Assembly (NCBI GenBank): GCA_016861265.1
Contig: BOLA01000001.1
Coordinates: forward strand, 1,023,745 to 1,087,744
From: Patescibacteria group bacterium
GTDB taxonomy: Bacteria > Patescibacteriota > Dojkabacteria > J137
Reading direction: 5' to 3'
Length of the DNA stretch: 64,000 bases
Both the position numbers and the translations under genes were made by a program. The notes beneath the pieces are model-generated. The model was not told where the DNA came from. It saw only the letters and a list, made by a program, of their open reading frames with translations, and did not search any database. This document shows positions 1 to 9,183 of the stretch, piece after piece. Numbering within the stretch: the stretch's first letter is position 1; the number at the start of each line of letters is the position of its first letter.

Positions 1-612
1 TTTAGACCAATCTGCATATTTTTCTTTTAAATCTTCTAAATTTGGTATTCCATATTTCATTCTCAAGTTATCTAGTCGAACTTTTCTATTAGGATCATAT
101 TTAGAAATTCTCTCTGAAATCATCTCATACGGATCAAACGCAGGATATTTAGTATGGAATTTATCGGCATAAGTAACCAGTTCTTCTTCAACTGTTACAG
201 GAACATAATCTTTAATCTCAACTTCTAAATTTTCTCTTTCAATATCCTCTTTGGTAAGACCTGTCGCTGTATGAACTTCGCAAAATCTGGCATACTCTTC
301 TCCGAAGCCTTCTGATCTAACAATATTTCCACCGACAAAAGCATGTTGTAGTGGAATGAGTTTTGATGAAGTATTAAGTTCATCATCGTAACAAGGGTAC
401 ATACCAATATCATGCAATAAAGCACCGGCTTCAAGGAGATCACGATTAACTTTAATACCTTTAGTTTCTTCTAAAGTATCTGCTAATCTGACAGCTATTT
501 GTCTAACAATATCAGAATGTGTCCAGACCAATTCCAAATACAGCTCAGGAAAATTACCTTGTTTATGCTTTTGATGTAATTCTTTAATTTTTTGTTGTAG
601 TTCAGCGTTCAT
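1..612 (-). CDS. HD/HDIG-domain metal-dependent phosphohydrolase (C-terminus runs off window edge)
   Basis: ATG at 610-612 (minus); the frame stays open to position 1; translation contains ...LEAGALLHDIGMYP..., an HDIG-type motif. Missing from the ORF track because no stop lies inside the window. The start is followed 17 nt downstream by the GT2 stop, so it is the last gene of the operon. Confidence 0.55.
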   Translation of the reverse strand, partial: MNAELQQKIKELHQKHKQGNFPELYLELVWTHSDIVRQIAVRLADTLEETKGIKVNRDLLEAGALLHDIGMYPCYDDELNTSSKLIPLQHAFVGGNIVRSEGFGEEYARFCEVHTATGLTKEDIERENLEVEIKDYVPVTVEEELVTYADKFHTKYPAFDPYEMISERISKYDPNRKVRLDNLRMKYGIPNLEDLKEKYADWSK

Positions 613-628
613 TTTTTATAAATAAAAA

Positions 629-1531
629 TTATTTAGTTGAATTAATTGAATTCCAGCTACCGCCTTGAAATTCAGGAATAGTGGATTCGCTATTTTCAGT
701 TATGATTTTACTTAATATATCTTTAAAGTAGAAAAATATTTCTTTTTCAATATTTTCATCCTTTAATTGGTCTACTACTTGGTTAATTATACTATTCTGA
801 TCAATTTTATTCTTTCTTCTACTGTTATAAACCTCCTCGAACTCAGGAAATTTTGCCATGATTTGTAAATATCCTTGATCGAATCTAGTTTCTTGTCGTA
901 AAAAGTCACCCCAACTTAGAGGTGGTTTATAAGCTACAATCGATGTTAAGAGAACTTTTACAGCCTCCCATCCAAACTTTTTAGCAACATTTAGTGTTAA
1001 CCAATTATCTTCAGAATGTATATCTTCGGGATAAATAATATTCAGATCACTTTTAAATGCTAAACATCTGCCTATAGGTATAACTCTTCCTCTTGCTAAC
1101 CTATATAATTCTTGACTTCTGAGGGTTTTATATAAAAGTGTTGTTTTATCTATGGACTCATATGTTGGGACATCTAATGCACCAATCAGTTTTATTAAAG
1201 GATTTTCTAATTCGTTAATTAATAATGCTATAGTATTTTCCTTAATTCTACAATCAGAATCAATTTGCATAATTATCTCTCCCTGGCTTTCTTTGATTCC
1301 TTTATTTAAAGCTTTTGTCTTGCCAGATGTTTTCAGTTTTATAAGTTTAAAGTTGTTTAGCTTCTCATGGATAAGATATTCTTCAACTATCTTTACTGTG
1401 TTATCAATTGATCCATTCTCTAAAATTAAAACCTCATATTCAATATCTAAAATAGAGTTTTGTATATCTTTCAGTAAATTTATGATATTTTTATGTTCAT
1501 TGTGAGCTGGGATTAGAATACTAAGTTTCAT
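629..1531 (-). CDS. family-2 glycosyltransferase (soluble, GT-A fold)
   Basis: N-terminus LSILIPAHNEHKNI...LILENGSIDNT...IDSDC carries the GT2 DxD-type motifs. No TM segments. Its start overlaps the GT9 stop (1528-1531). Confidence 0.7.
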   Translation of the reverse strand: MKLSILIPAHNEHKNIINLLKDIQNSILDIEYEVLILENGSIDNTVKIVEEYLIHEKLNNFKLIKLKTSGKTKALNKGIKESQGEIIMQIDSDCRIKENTIALLINELENPLIKLIGALDVPTYESIDKTTLLYKTLRSQELYRLARGRVIPIGRCLAFKSDLNIIYPEDIHSEDNWLTLNVAKKFGWEAVKVLLTSIVAYKPPLSWGDFLRQETRFDQGYLQIMAKFPEFEEVYNSRRKNKIDQNSIINQVVDQLKDENIEKEIFFYFKDILSKIITENSESTIPEFQGGSWNSINSTK

Positions 1532-2724
1532 TTTATAAATTTTGTAATATGTTGAATAATGATTTTTTCATTTATATTAAACACCCATTCATTTTTTCCT
1601 TTAATCTTTTCATCTATCTCATCTCTTCTAAGGGACATATTATTTTTTGTTAAATACTTAGCCAATTTAGTCGCAATTGGAATGACATTTGATTTCCCAG
1701 TGCTCCATTTCCCAAAATCATGTCTACTATACAATATGAAGACTTTAGGTAATTGATTAGTTGTTGAATTTTTACTCATAGCTGCAAGATGGGAAAACCC
1801 TGTGTCATTACCTATAACAAATTTGCATCTTGAGAAAATGTAGGACAAGATTTCAAAATCTTCAGTATCAATTAGAATAATGTCTTTGTGTTTAGTTAAT
1901 AATTTTTTTACTTTAAACCACTCTTCAGGAGATTCTTCTTTCCAATTTGCTATTAAAAAGCACCTTGATCGACTAAGCTTTCGTTTTAATGTTTTATATA
2001 AATTCAAGAACTTAAGAGTTCCGTACCTTTTTTCAATCTCGCCTGCTTGACTGATAATAGCAATAGATTCAATATTGTCCGAAAGTTTAACCTTATATTT
2101 ATTTTCAACTTTTTCTTCAATACTTTTATCATATTGTAAATTAAATATTGGAAGTGAATCATTTGGATTTGATTTTAATCTAACTCCTAATTCTCGCTCA
2201 AAAGTGAGGAAATATCTTGCTGGTCTAGAAATATATTCAATACTATGTTTTTTATTTATAAACTTGGGATATATATAATTCTCACTATTGAAAATTACTG
2301 GATAATTTTCTAAAGTAAATGGGTCATCATCAGTTACTAAAGCAACTTTTGTTCCTGAATTATGTTTATCTTTAAAATAGTCAATTGCGTTATTCACTAT
2401 TTCTGCACTTTCCAATATATCTATATGTCTTAATAAATTAGAAAATGTACTGTCAAGTATATATTTAGGCAAATTGTTTGGTCTTGTAATCAATAAAAAT
2501 TCGTGAGTAGCCTGAATTACAGATAAGAATAGAAAGGAATCACCTAATGGTTTCCAGTACATACTAAATACAACTTCTTCACATTCAAGTAATCCTTTTT
2601 TTAATGTCTCATTAATTTCATATCCAGTAATGGCCTCTCCATACTTCATTTGAGGTCTATCATAATATAGCTCTACACGAGCAGTTTCAGTTGTAATATA
2701 TTTCTTGTAGGTTAAATTTTTCAT
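1528..2724 (-). CDS. family-9 glycosyltransferase (ADP-heptose:LPS heptosyltransferase-like)
   Basis: C-terminal motif KFVIGNDTGFSHLAAMSK matches the GT9 (WaaC/WaaF/WaaQ) signature GND(S/T)GxxHLAAA. Overlaps its neighbours on both sides by 4 nt. Confidence 0.65.
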   Translation of the reverse strand: MKNLTYKKYITTETARVELYYDRPQMKYGEAITGYEINETLKKGLLECEEVVFSMYWKPLGDSFLFLSVIQATHEFLLITRPNNLPKYILDSTFSNLLRHIDILESAEIVNNAIDYFKDKHNSGTKVALVTDDDPFTLENYPVIFNSENYIYPKFINKKHSIEYISRPARYFLTFERELGVRLKSNPNDSLPIFNLQYDKSIEEKVENKYKVKLSDNIESIAIISQAGEIEKRYGTLKFLNLYKTLKRKLSRSRCFLIANWKEESPEEWFKVKKLLTKHKDIILIDTEDFEILSYIFSRCKFVIGNDTGFSHLAAMSKNSTTNQLPKVFILYSRHDFGKWSTGKSNVIPIATKLAKYLTKNNMSLRRDEIDEKIKGKNEWVFNINEKIIIQHITKFIK

Positions 2725-3323
2725 ACTCTTTTAAACCATAATAGACTTATTTTTTTCTTAGCTCCTGGCTTATAGTGTTCAGGAGGATTTACATAATTAA
2801 TCTCAATATTTGGGTGTTCCTGCCCGTAAATCCCATATTCCATCAATAACTCATTCAATTTATCCAAACCAGCTCTTGGATAAGCAACGTAAACAGAATT
2901 ACCTTCATTATATTCCCAAGTCAAAAAAGCATTAATGTTTCTTGCAACAATTGCAATATCCGTTGAAAATGGCGGATCAAATATAACAGTATTAAATTGA
3001 TGTTGAAATCTTGCAATTAATTCTTTTGTATTTGCATCACTCGCATGGCTATGAAGTCCTCTTTGCAAATCATATAGCCAAAATTGTCCCTCTGGATATA
3101 AATTGACTAATCGTCCATCTGTATCAAATACAAATACATCTCTTCTTCCACTATTTATTAATGCCTCTCCAACTGAAGGAGTACAAAGACATGCTGTACA
3201 GCCCGCAGCTAAATCGGCTAATTGCCTAATAGTATTATTATCAAAAAAATATTGTTCATTGCTCTGATTCTCTTCAATTTTATAGATATCTAAATCATCT
3301 TTTCCTGAGTTCATAATCCACAC
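2721..3323 (-). CDS. class I SAM-dependent methyltransferase with (D/N)PPF amino-methyltransferase motif
   Basis: VFDTDGRL (motif I-like) and VIFDPPFS (motif IV DPPF, as in N6-adenine, glutamine and lysine N-methyltransferases of the N6AMT/EFM5-like family). 200 aa. Confidence 0.5.
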   Translation of the reverse strand: MWIMNSGKDDLDIYKIEENQSNEQYFFDNNTIRQLADLAAGCTACLCTPSVGEALINSGRRDVFVFDTDGRLVNLYPEGQFWLYDLQRGLHSHASDANTKELIARFQHQFNTVIFDPPFSTDIAIVARNINAFLTWEYNEGNSVYVAYPRAGLDKLNELLMEYGIYGQEHPNIEINYVNPPEHYKPGAKKKISLLWFKRV

Positions 3324-5851
3324 TCTCTAATAAATTGTTTATATCTTTCTTCAAAACTTAATCCACGATTAAAGATGAAAAAAGAACTAATATCCACTCG
3401 AGAAGTCTTTAATTTCTCAAGAGTTTTTAATGATAGAAATTCGTAATCAGTGTTTAATCCATATACTCGTCTTAAGTATAGTTCTTGATCTAATTTTGAT
3501 ACAAAATATAATATTGCCCTTACTTCAGAAGTTCGCTCAGGGGAAGAAGCTATAAGACGAGTTAATTCAGCTTCTTTATCCTCATCCCAATAATCTGAGA
3601 TAAATCTCCCAAGTTGGTGTCCTAATATTGCTACTCCTTTGTAAATATCTCTTTTTTCAAAATCTAAAGCATATTGAAAAATTCTGGCATACTCTTCTAA
3701 TGTAATTTCTGTATCTTCGGATTGAAGAAACCTTTTTTCAAAGTTTCCAGTTCTGACCATAACTTTACTTTTATCTGGAATATCAAACTGGTGAAACATC
3801 CTTTGAATTATATCTGTATTAAAAATATCTGCGAACCATGCAAGCCTATTCAAATTTTTCATATATATGTTAATTGCATTATCGTCATCCAATTCGATAA
3901 CATTATCAAAATCAATTACGTATACTTTTCCATCTTCTCCCCTTATCAAATTACGTGGTGCTAAATTTCTAAAGAATATACCTCTTTCAACTAAAGCATC
4001 TTCTATTGCTGTAGTTGTTCTCTGTAATTCTCTATCAAGATATCCTTTATTTTGATCTAATACAGCGGTTTCATAATCAATCCCCATATATTTAGAGATA
4101 AAATAAAAGTCTCCTTCACTCCGTACAATTGCAATCTCTGGAACAACCCCAACATTTTCAAGAGATGCATTATTCAATAATTCTGCAATTCGATAATAAT
4201 TATCTAAATATGTTCTATCATTCCTAAGACTAACTGCTACGTAAGGAACACCTTCGCAAAACATAAGTTTAGGTGAGGTCCCAGATATATCTAATACCAT
4301 TGCACTGCTTGTAATTGGAATGCTTTTTCTAAAAAATTGGGCGAAAGTTCTTCCCCTCAAATCTCTTTCTAGTCCTTTGGCTAACGGATTAGAATTTGTA
4401 TTTACTATTTCCCCTTCTTCGGGTAATTCCAATTTATCTTTATCATTAAAACTTATGGTAGTAGGTATATTTACTTTCTCAGAATCTTCTTGCACTCCGT
4501 CTGTTCCTGAAAGAATCTCATGGATATGTCTTCCTTTCTGTAATTCTTCTAGTAAGTATTCTTCACTAAAATCTCCTCTTCTTATTACATCTACAGCTAT
4601 ATCAATGTAATAATTCTTAATAGTTTCTGAAATATAAGGTGAAGTACTAAGCACCCCTTCAATTCTATTTTTCATAATAGTTATTTCATTCAGTTCTGGA
4701 TTATCTTTAATTGCCGGACCAATTTTAGGTGAAAATTTGGAGTCAACATTTTGTTGCAATTCTCTATAAAATCCGTTTAATTGGTTAGTTCTTTCCGGTG
4801 AAGATTTACCTTCATTCTCAACATACACGCCAAGAACTTCCATAGCATTGCCTCTTGAGAAAATTCTAGGAGTTACATAAATATCGGTTATTCCATACCC
4901 ATCTTGTAATACCCACGTCATTGCAGGCCCTTTGATTAATCTTAAATATGTTCTTGCTTCGTTACTCATATTAGGTTTTAATGCAACAATAAGAGTATAA
5001 AGTTGTTTATAACTTTCATCTGAAAGATGGAACTTAGATAACCATTCTCTTGCAATATTTACTCTTTCTCTTCGAGATAATAAGTTTCCATCAGTCGAAG
5101 TAATTAAATCTTCAAGTTCGGAATAAATAGAATAAGCTTTGAATTGAATTTCATTTAAAAGTATAAAAATTTCCCCACTTAAATCTTCAGGTTCAAATGC
5201 TTTTGATACTGAAATTTGAAGACCCATAGGAAAAGAATTTCCTTTAAATCTGACGGAATATCTATCATTTAAGCTATATCCGTTTATCACTTCATTAACA
5301 ACACATTCCAATATTTCAGTTGCGGCTACTCCATATGGATCATTATGGTCATAAAGATCTTGTCCTTCTAATTCTTCTAAATGTGCTAATGAATAACCAG
5401 ATCTATCTTCTACAAATATATGTGCATGTAGCTGGTCTATTGTTTGCACCTTAACTTCTGTGCCATCTGGTAGATATTTATAAGGTATTGATTGGCAATC
5501 TCTCTGTTGATTGATTGAGATTGTAGGGTATCCATAACCTAACTGCCTATGCATACTATTTGCTAGACTAAATAAAACCCTCATAAACTCTTTACCTTCT
5601 TGTAGATCAAGATCAGTGAGTTGTGAAGCTTTGCTATTTTTAAGTATTAACATACCATCAGCTGGGTTCTCGACATATTGAGTTTTTTTTCTAACAAATT
5701 CTATTTCACCAAGAATATCTGAATGAAGGTGAAGTACACTGTCGTCAAAAATAGTCCCTTCTGATGGGCTTGTAATTTCATTTTGTGGTATTACCCTTTT
5801 TATGACTGTTAAGTCATCATCAAACTTTACATCCATATTTTTTAATTCCAA
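3311..5851 (-). CDS. large protein with C-terminal eukaryotic-like/choline-aminoglycoside kinase fold (probably non-canonical catalytic loop); N-terminal ~550 aa unassigned
   Basis: C-terminal ...GIFFRNLAPRNLIRGEDGKVYVIDFDNVIELDDDN aligns to Brenner's HNDLxxxNIL plus the IDFEY/DFG region of ChoK/APH/ePK-like kinases, but with Asn in place of the catalytic Asp. Overlaps MTase and decarboxylase ORFs. Confidence 0.45.
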   Translation of the reverse strand: MELKNMDVKFDDDLTVIKRVIPQNEITSPSEGTIFDDSVLHLHSDILGEIEFVRKKTQYVENPADGMLILKNSKASQLTDLDLQEGKEFMRVLFSLANSMHRQLGYGYPTISINQQRDCQSIPYKYLPDGTEVKVQTIDQLHAHIFVEDRSGYSLAHLEELEGQDLYDHNDPYGVAATEILECVVNEVINGYSLNDRYSVRFKGNSFPMGLQISVSKAFEPEDLSGEIFILLNEIQFKAYSIYSELEDLITSTDGNLLSRRERVNIAREWLSKFHLSDESYKQLYTLIVALKPNMSNEARTYLRLIKGPAMTWVLQDGYGITDIYVTPRIFSRGNAMEVLGVYVENEGKSSPERTNQLNGFYRELQQNVDSKFSPKIGPAIKDNPELNEITIMKNRIEGVLSTSPYISETIKNYYIDIAVDVIRRGDFSEEYLLEELQKGRHIHEILSGTDGVQEDSEKVNIPTTISFNDKDKLELPEEGEIVNTNSNPLAKGLERDLRGRTFAQFFRKSIPITSSAMVLDISGTSPKLMFCEGVPYVAVSLRNDRTYLDNYYRIAELLNNASLENVGVVPEIAIVRSEGDFYFISKYMGIDYETAVLDQNKGYLDRELQRTTTAIEDALVERGIFFRNLAPRNLIRGEDGKVYVIDFDNVIELDDDNAINIYMKNLNRLAWFADIFNTDIIQRMFHQFDIPDKSKVMVRTGNFEKRFLQSEDTEITLEEYARIFQYALDFEKRDIYKGVAILGHQLGRFISDYWDEDKEAELTRLIASSPERTSEVRAILYFVSKLDQELYLRRVYGLNTDYEFLSLKTLEKLKTSRVDISSFFIFNRGLSFEERYKQFIRECGL

Positions 5852-7500
5852 CCAGCAGGTCCAGTACTTCTAATTAAGTTTTGTTGCTCTTTACCATCAA
5901 AGATAATTTCATTAATTTCTTTATGAATATCTTTGTGATAATGTTTTGCTTTTTCAAATAAATAAGATAAGGAATTGCTCAAACTCTCCTCTGTATACAA
6001 TGGATTTCCTACAGTAATACTCATTACAAAATATCTTTCTGATGAAAGATTTAATCCTATGGTATCCCCAATATCATGTAATTTGAATTCATCTAGGCAA
6101 ACATCACCTGATTCGTACAGCTCTTGATTAATTTTATGTGTATATTTATCGATACAACTTTTAATTGATAGCTTTTGTTTATCAGTTAATTCCTCTTGAT
6201 CTACAATGGACTTTACATCTTTTGGATAATATACAAATGCCATTCTATAAAAATCCATTTCGTGAAAGTTTGTGAAGTATCTGCTATCTTCGATCTTATT
6301 CCAAACAAATTGGGCATCTTCATCTCTTTTCTCAACTACTTCACCTAAATAATCCTTACCCAATGCTTTAATCATTAACCAAATCTTTAAAGATTCAAAA
6401 CCTCTTGATCCAAAGAATGGTGTTATATATCCAAGATCCCATGATTCACCATTTCTTACCTGTTCAGGATATCGAGTGAACTTTACTAAATTATCTCTTT
6501 GTTTAAACATCACATAGCTAGAAGGATAAGTTACAAACATTCCCTTATGTGGATCTAAGGCTACAGAATCCGCCATTTCAATTCCTTTCAAGTCTCTTCC
6601 CTTCAATTTATTTGAGAACAATAAGCTTCCTCCATGACAAGCATCTACATGTAGCCATGTATTATATTTCTGGCAGATTTGAGCAATCTTTTCGATATTA
6701 TCTATACACGCTGTTCTACAATTACCTGCAACTGCTACAACCATAAAAACATCATTTGATCCAACGTGTTCTTTGAGGATATTTTCTAAATCGTTCAAAT
6801 TTGTAGTAAAGTCTGCATTTGATTCTGCTGAAATTATATTGGCGTTTCCCAATCCTAAATGGTGCATTGCCGAGTTATATGAATAGTGGCTTATTTTTCC
6901 TGAGAGAACAATCTTCGGTGTAACGGATAAGGAGGTTAATCCTTTTTCCTTAATTTCGGGATATTTTTGATTTAAAGCTGACATTATTGCTATATGGTTT
7001 GACATATGACCACCTGTAGTCCACATTCCTCCAACTTCTGATAAAGATTTTATCTCACTAGTAGGTTTAAAGTCATATCCAATCAACTCTCTAAGCCATT
7101 CAATAAGTTGAATTTCTATGAAAGTAGCAATTGTTGCACTTCTATCAAAAGCAATAAGATTTTGATTAAGAAACTTTGAAAAAATCTCACCTGCCATTGC
7201 GTGCTTAGAATTTGCGGAATCTGGGAATGCAATATAATTCAAGTCAGATTGAGATATAGAATATTCACCTATCTCTTGTAGTGTGTCCAGCACCGTATCA
7301 TCATCGATTCCATTTGCTGGTAAAGTATCTTTTAATTCCTTCAGGAAAGCTTCAGGTGTTTTATACTTTAATACCTTATTATCTCGAATTTCGCCACTAA
7401 AGAACTTAAGTCCAAGATCTATTATTTTATTAAAAAATTCCTGTTCACTTTCTGATTTCCCAGATATAAAATTGTTAGTTATTTTTTTGTTGCTTTTCAT
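5842..7500 (-). CDS. PLP-dependent group II amino-acid decarboxylase
   Basis: SGGHMSNHIAIMSAL, HVDACHGGS and the PLP-lysine motif DPHKGMFV. The 552-aa size fits the DABA/tyrosine/glutamate decarboxylase family. Confidence 0.75.
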   Translation of the reverse strand: MKSNKKITNNFISGKSESEQEFFNKIIDLGLKFFSGEIRDNKVLKYKTPEAFLKELKDTLPANGIDDDTVLDTLQEIGEYSISQSDLNYIAFPDSANSKHAMAGEIFSKFLNQNLIAFDRSATIATFIEIQLIEWLRELIGYDFKPTSEIKSLSEVGGMWTTGGHMSNHIAIMSALNQKYPEIKEKGLTSLSVTPKIVLSGKISHYSYNSAMHHLGLGNANIISAESNADFTTNLNDLENILKEHVGSNDVFMVVAVAGNCRTACIDNIEKIAQICQKYNTWLHVDACHGGSLLFSNKLKGRDLKGIEMADSVALDPHKGMFVTYPSSYVMFKQRDNLVKFTRYPEQVRNGESWDLGYITPFFGSRGFESLKIWLMIKALGKDYLGEVVEKRDEDAQFVWNKIEDSRYFTNFHEMDFYRMAFVYYPKDVKSIVDQEELTDKQKLSIKSCIDKYTHKINQELYESGDVCLDEFKLHDIGDTIGLNLSSERYFVMSITVGNPLYTEESLSNSLSYLFEKAKHYHKDIHKEINEIIFDGKEQQNLIRSTGPAGWN

Positions 7501-7708
7501 TCATAATTATTTAAAATTAGTGTAAGCTTCACTTCCGACTATGTTAAATTTATCAAAGAGATACAATACTTTGATAAATTTATATAAGAACATCTGTAAG
7601 TCATTATTCACTTAGATTTCACCGATATTTTATTCTAGGGATTATAACACTAAAAGTATTGACAGCCTTTGTATTGCGATACAAATCTTATATATTTGCT
7701 AAAGAAGA

Positions 7709-8129
7709 GTTTCAACTCCATCCTCATCTACAAACTTCCATTTCTTATTACTGCTTGAAGTCTTCTTGTAATTCTTAAAGAATTTCTGATTATCTTTAAC
7801 CATGTAAACTGTAAAGTAAGTTTTGCCTTCTGAATCTTTTAATTCTCGTCCTATAAGTTCACCATTTCGTTTCATTTTGCTAACGGTAGCAGAATGTAAT
7901 CCAAATTCACTTTTAAATTGCCAACTAGCAATCCATAGATCATGATTCTTAATAATTTCAGCAGGAATTATTCCTTCTTTTACATGTCTTCTACAATCAA
8001 CACATTGAATACCATCTAAGTTCCACCAAGATTCACTACCTTTAAGACCTCTAGAACAAAGATTGCATGAATAACCAGATTCTTCAATTTGGAACTCCTG
8101 AGGAAAGATTGAAAATATTATCTGGTATT
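7709..8129 (-). pseudogene. Zn-ribbon-containing ORF (~138 codons stop-to-stop) lacking an ATG/GTG/TTG start
   Basis: Minus-strand frame reads ...SGYSCNLCSRGLKGSESWWNLDGIQCVDCRRHVKEG... (CxxC...CxxC) continuing to ...KKWKFVDEDGVETLL*. The first in-frame Met gives only about 58 aa, which is why the track omits it. Co-directional with the HEPN gene and immediately downstream of it. Confidence 0.25.
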
Positions 8130-8169
8130 CAAACTAGATTTGAATTAACTCAGAGACAACTAATGAAGG

Positions 8170-8934
8170 TCACATCCTAGGGGTATTTTCTTGATGAGTC
8201 TCGATCAAGAAAATTGACATGGAGCCACTCAAATACACAGCTAATTCGGCATGACGAGGTTTAGGTTTTATCTTTTTAATCCCTTTTCCATGAGCATCAC
8301 CGAACTTATTTCTCATTGTACCTAAACCATTCACAACCGCTGAACATCCCCCTAATATTTGCTTAAACAAATCCTCACTGTGTTGATCTGGACTAAGTTT
8401 TAGTTCGTGAGCTACATTTTTATACAAAACTGATAAGTCAGTATTATCTGTATACGGCATACTTCTTTCATCCAAGATGAACTTGCAAGTACTTTCAAGA
8501 ATTGTCCTTGCGGTTGTAATTGCACCCTCAGGATCACTAACCTTTCTTTCTAAAGCTTTCTGTATTTCTTTATGTATTGAATTTGCTCCATATTTCTTTA
8601 ATCTTTCTTCAAAAGTATCGTCTGTAAAGATGCCATTAATTCCAGGTACTTCAAGTACATTTAAGAGATCTTCAAATGATTCCCAAATATACTCCCTTCT
8701 TTCAGCATAAGTATCAAATTTTTTTTTGATAAATTGCCAGAACTGACCTAAATCTCTTTTAGTTCTAACAAAATCAGGTAGTTTTTCGGAGACTGAAGTA
8801 TTATCTAAAAAGTACTTTCTCAGATATGTGTACTCTTGTGCGTCAGATTCTATACCAGTTGCTCTAGAAACCAGTATATCCTGTAAGTATTCTGCTTTTT
8901 CGTAATCATTTTGTAAGTGACTGAGTGAAGGCAT
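8170..8934 (-). CDS. AbiJ-like abortive-infection protein with C-terminal HEPN (Abi_C) domain
   Basis: C-terminal LGTMRNKFGDAHGKG matches the HEPN Rx4-6H motif (R-NKFGDA-H). Size (254 aa) and architecture resemble AbiJ N-terminal domain plus Abi_C. Confidence 0.5.
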   Translation of the reverse strand: MPSLSHLQNDYEKAEYLQDILVSRATGIESDAQEYTYLRKYFLDNTSVSEKLPDFVRTKRDLGQFWQFIKKKFDTYAERREYIWESFEDLLNVLEVPGINGIFTDDTFEERLKKYGANSIHKEIQKALERKVSDPEGAITTARTILESTCKFILDERSMPYTDNTDLSVLYKNVAHELKLSPDQHSEDLFKQILGGCSAVVNGLGTMRNKFGDAHGKGIKKIKPKPRHAELAVYLSGSMSIFLIETHQENTPRM

Positions 8935-9183
8935 GATTAAAACTTTAATATCTCTGTAATTATAGCAATAGAAACGGAATTAGAACGAAAGTTACTAACT
9001 GAGAATCTACAACACCCACAATAAAAAAGCTTAGAACCAAGGATATGAATTTAAAAATTGAATATGGCTATTTTAGAGCAAAAACAACAATTTTAAGAGA
9101 TTTACGAATTACTGCAAGCCAATGTACAACACCATTCGAGGCTTCAAAGGTAGGTAGACGGGTCTTGCGAAACCATTTGAAAA

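Noticed and set aside
1152-1505. 117-aa plus-strand ORF inside the GT2 gene. Similar antisense ORFs were set aside at 1559-1756, 2075-2278, 3722-4055, 4320-4610, 6549-6746, 7283-7525, 8477-8710, 11210-11419, 12733-12924, 13111-13305, 16607-17344, 19908-20659, 22464-22785, 27108-27290, 31646-31831, 32165-32350, 34353-34928, 37212-37412, 39318-39500, 42514-43224, 45769-46002, 49004-49210, 50163-50545, 51810-52046, 55204-56469, 58063-58284, 61465-61830 and 62904-63131.
   Set aside because: Each lies wholly within, and antisense or out-of-frame to, a longer ORF with clear family motifs. Their low-complexity or hydrophobic translations are typical of AT-rich antisense frames.
7661-7700. TTGACA...TACAAAT / TTATATA promoter-like hexamers on the plus strand
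   Set aside because: Spacing of 15 or 23 nt is non-canonical, and there is no plus-strand gene downstream for about 1.8 kb.
7500-7720. Possible attR-type duplicate of the tRNA-Ser/tRNA-Cys 3' end that would delimit an integrated element ending at the tRNA
   Set aside because: No segment resembling ggattcgaacctgcgacc or cgaacccgcgaatagc occurs in 7500-9180, so an intact integrative element is not supported.
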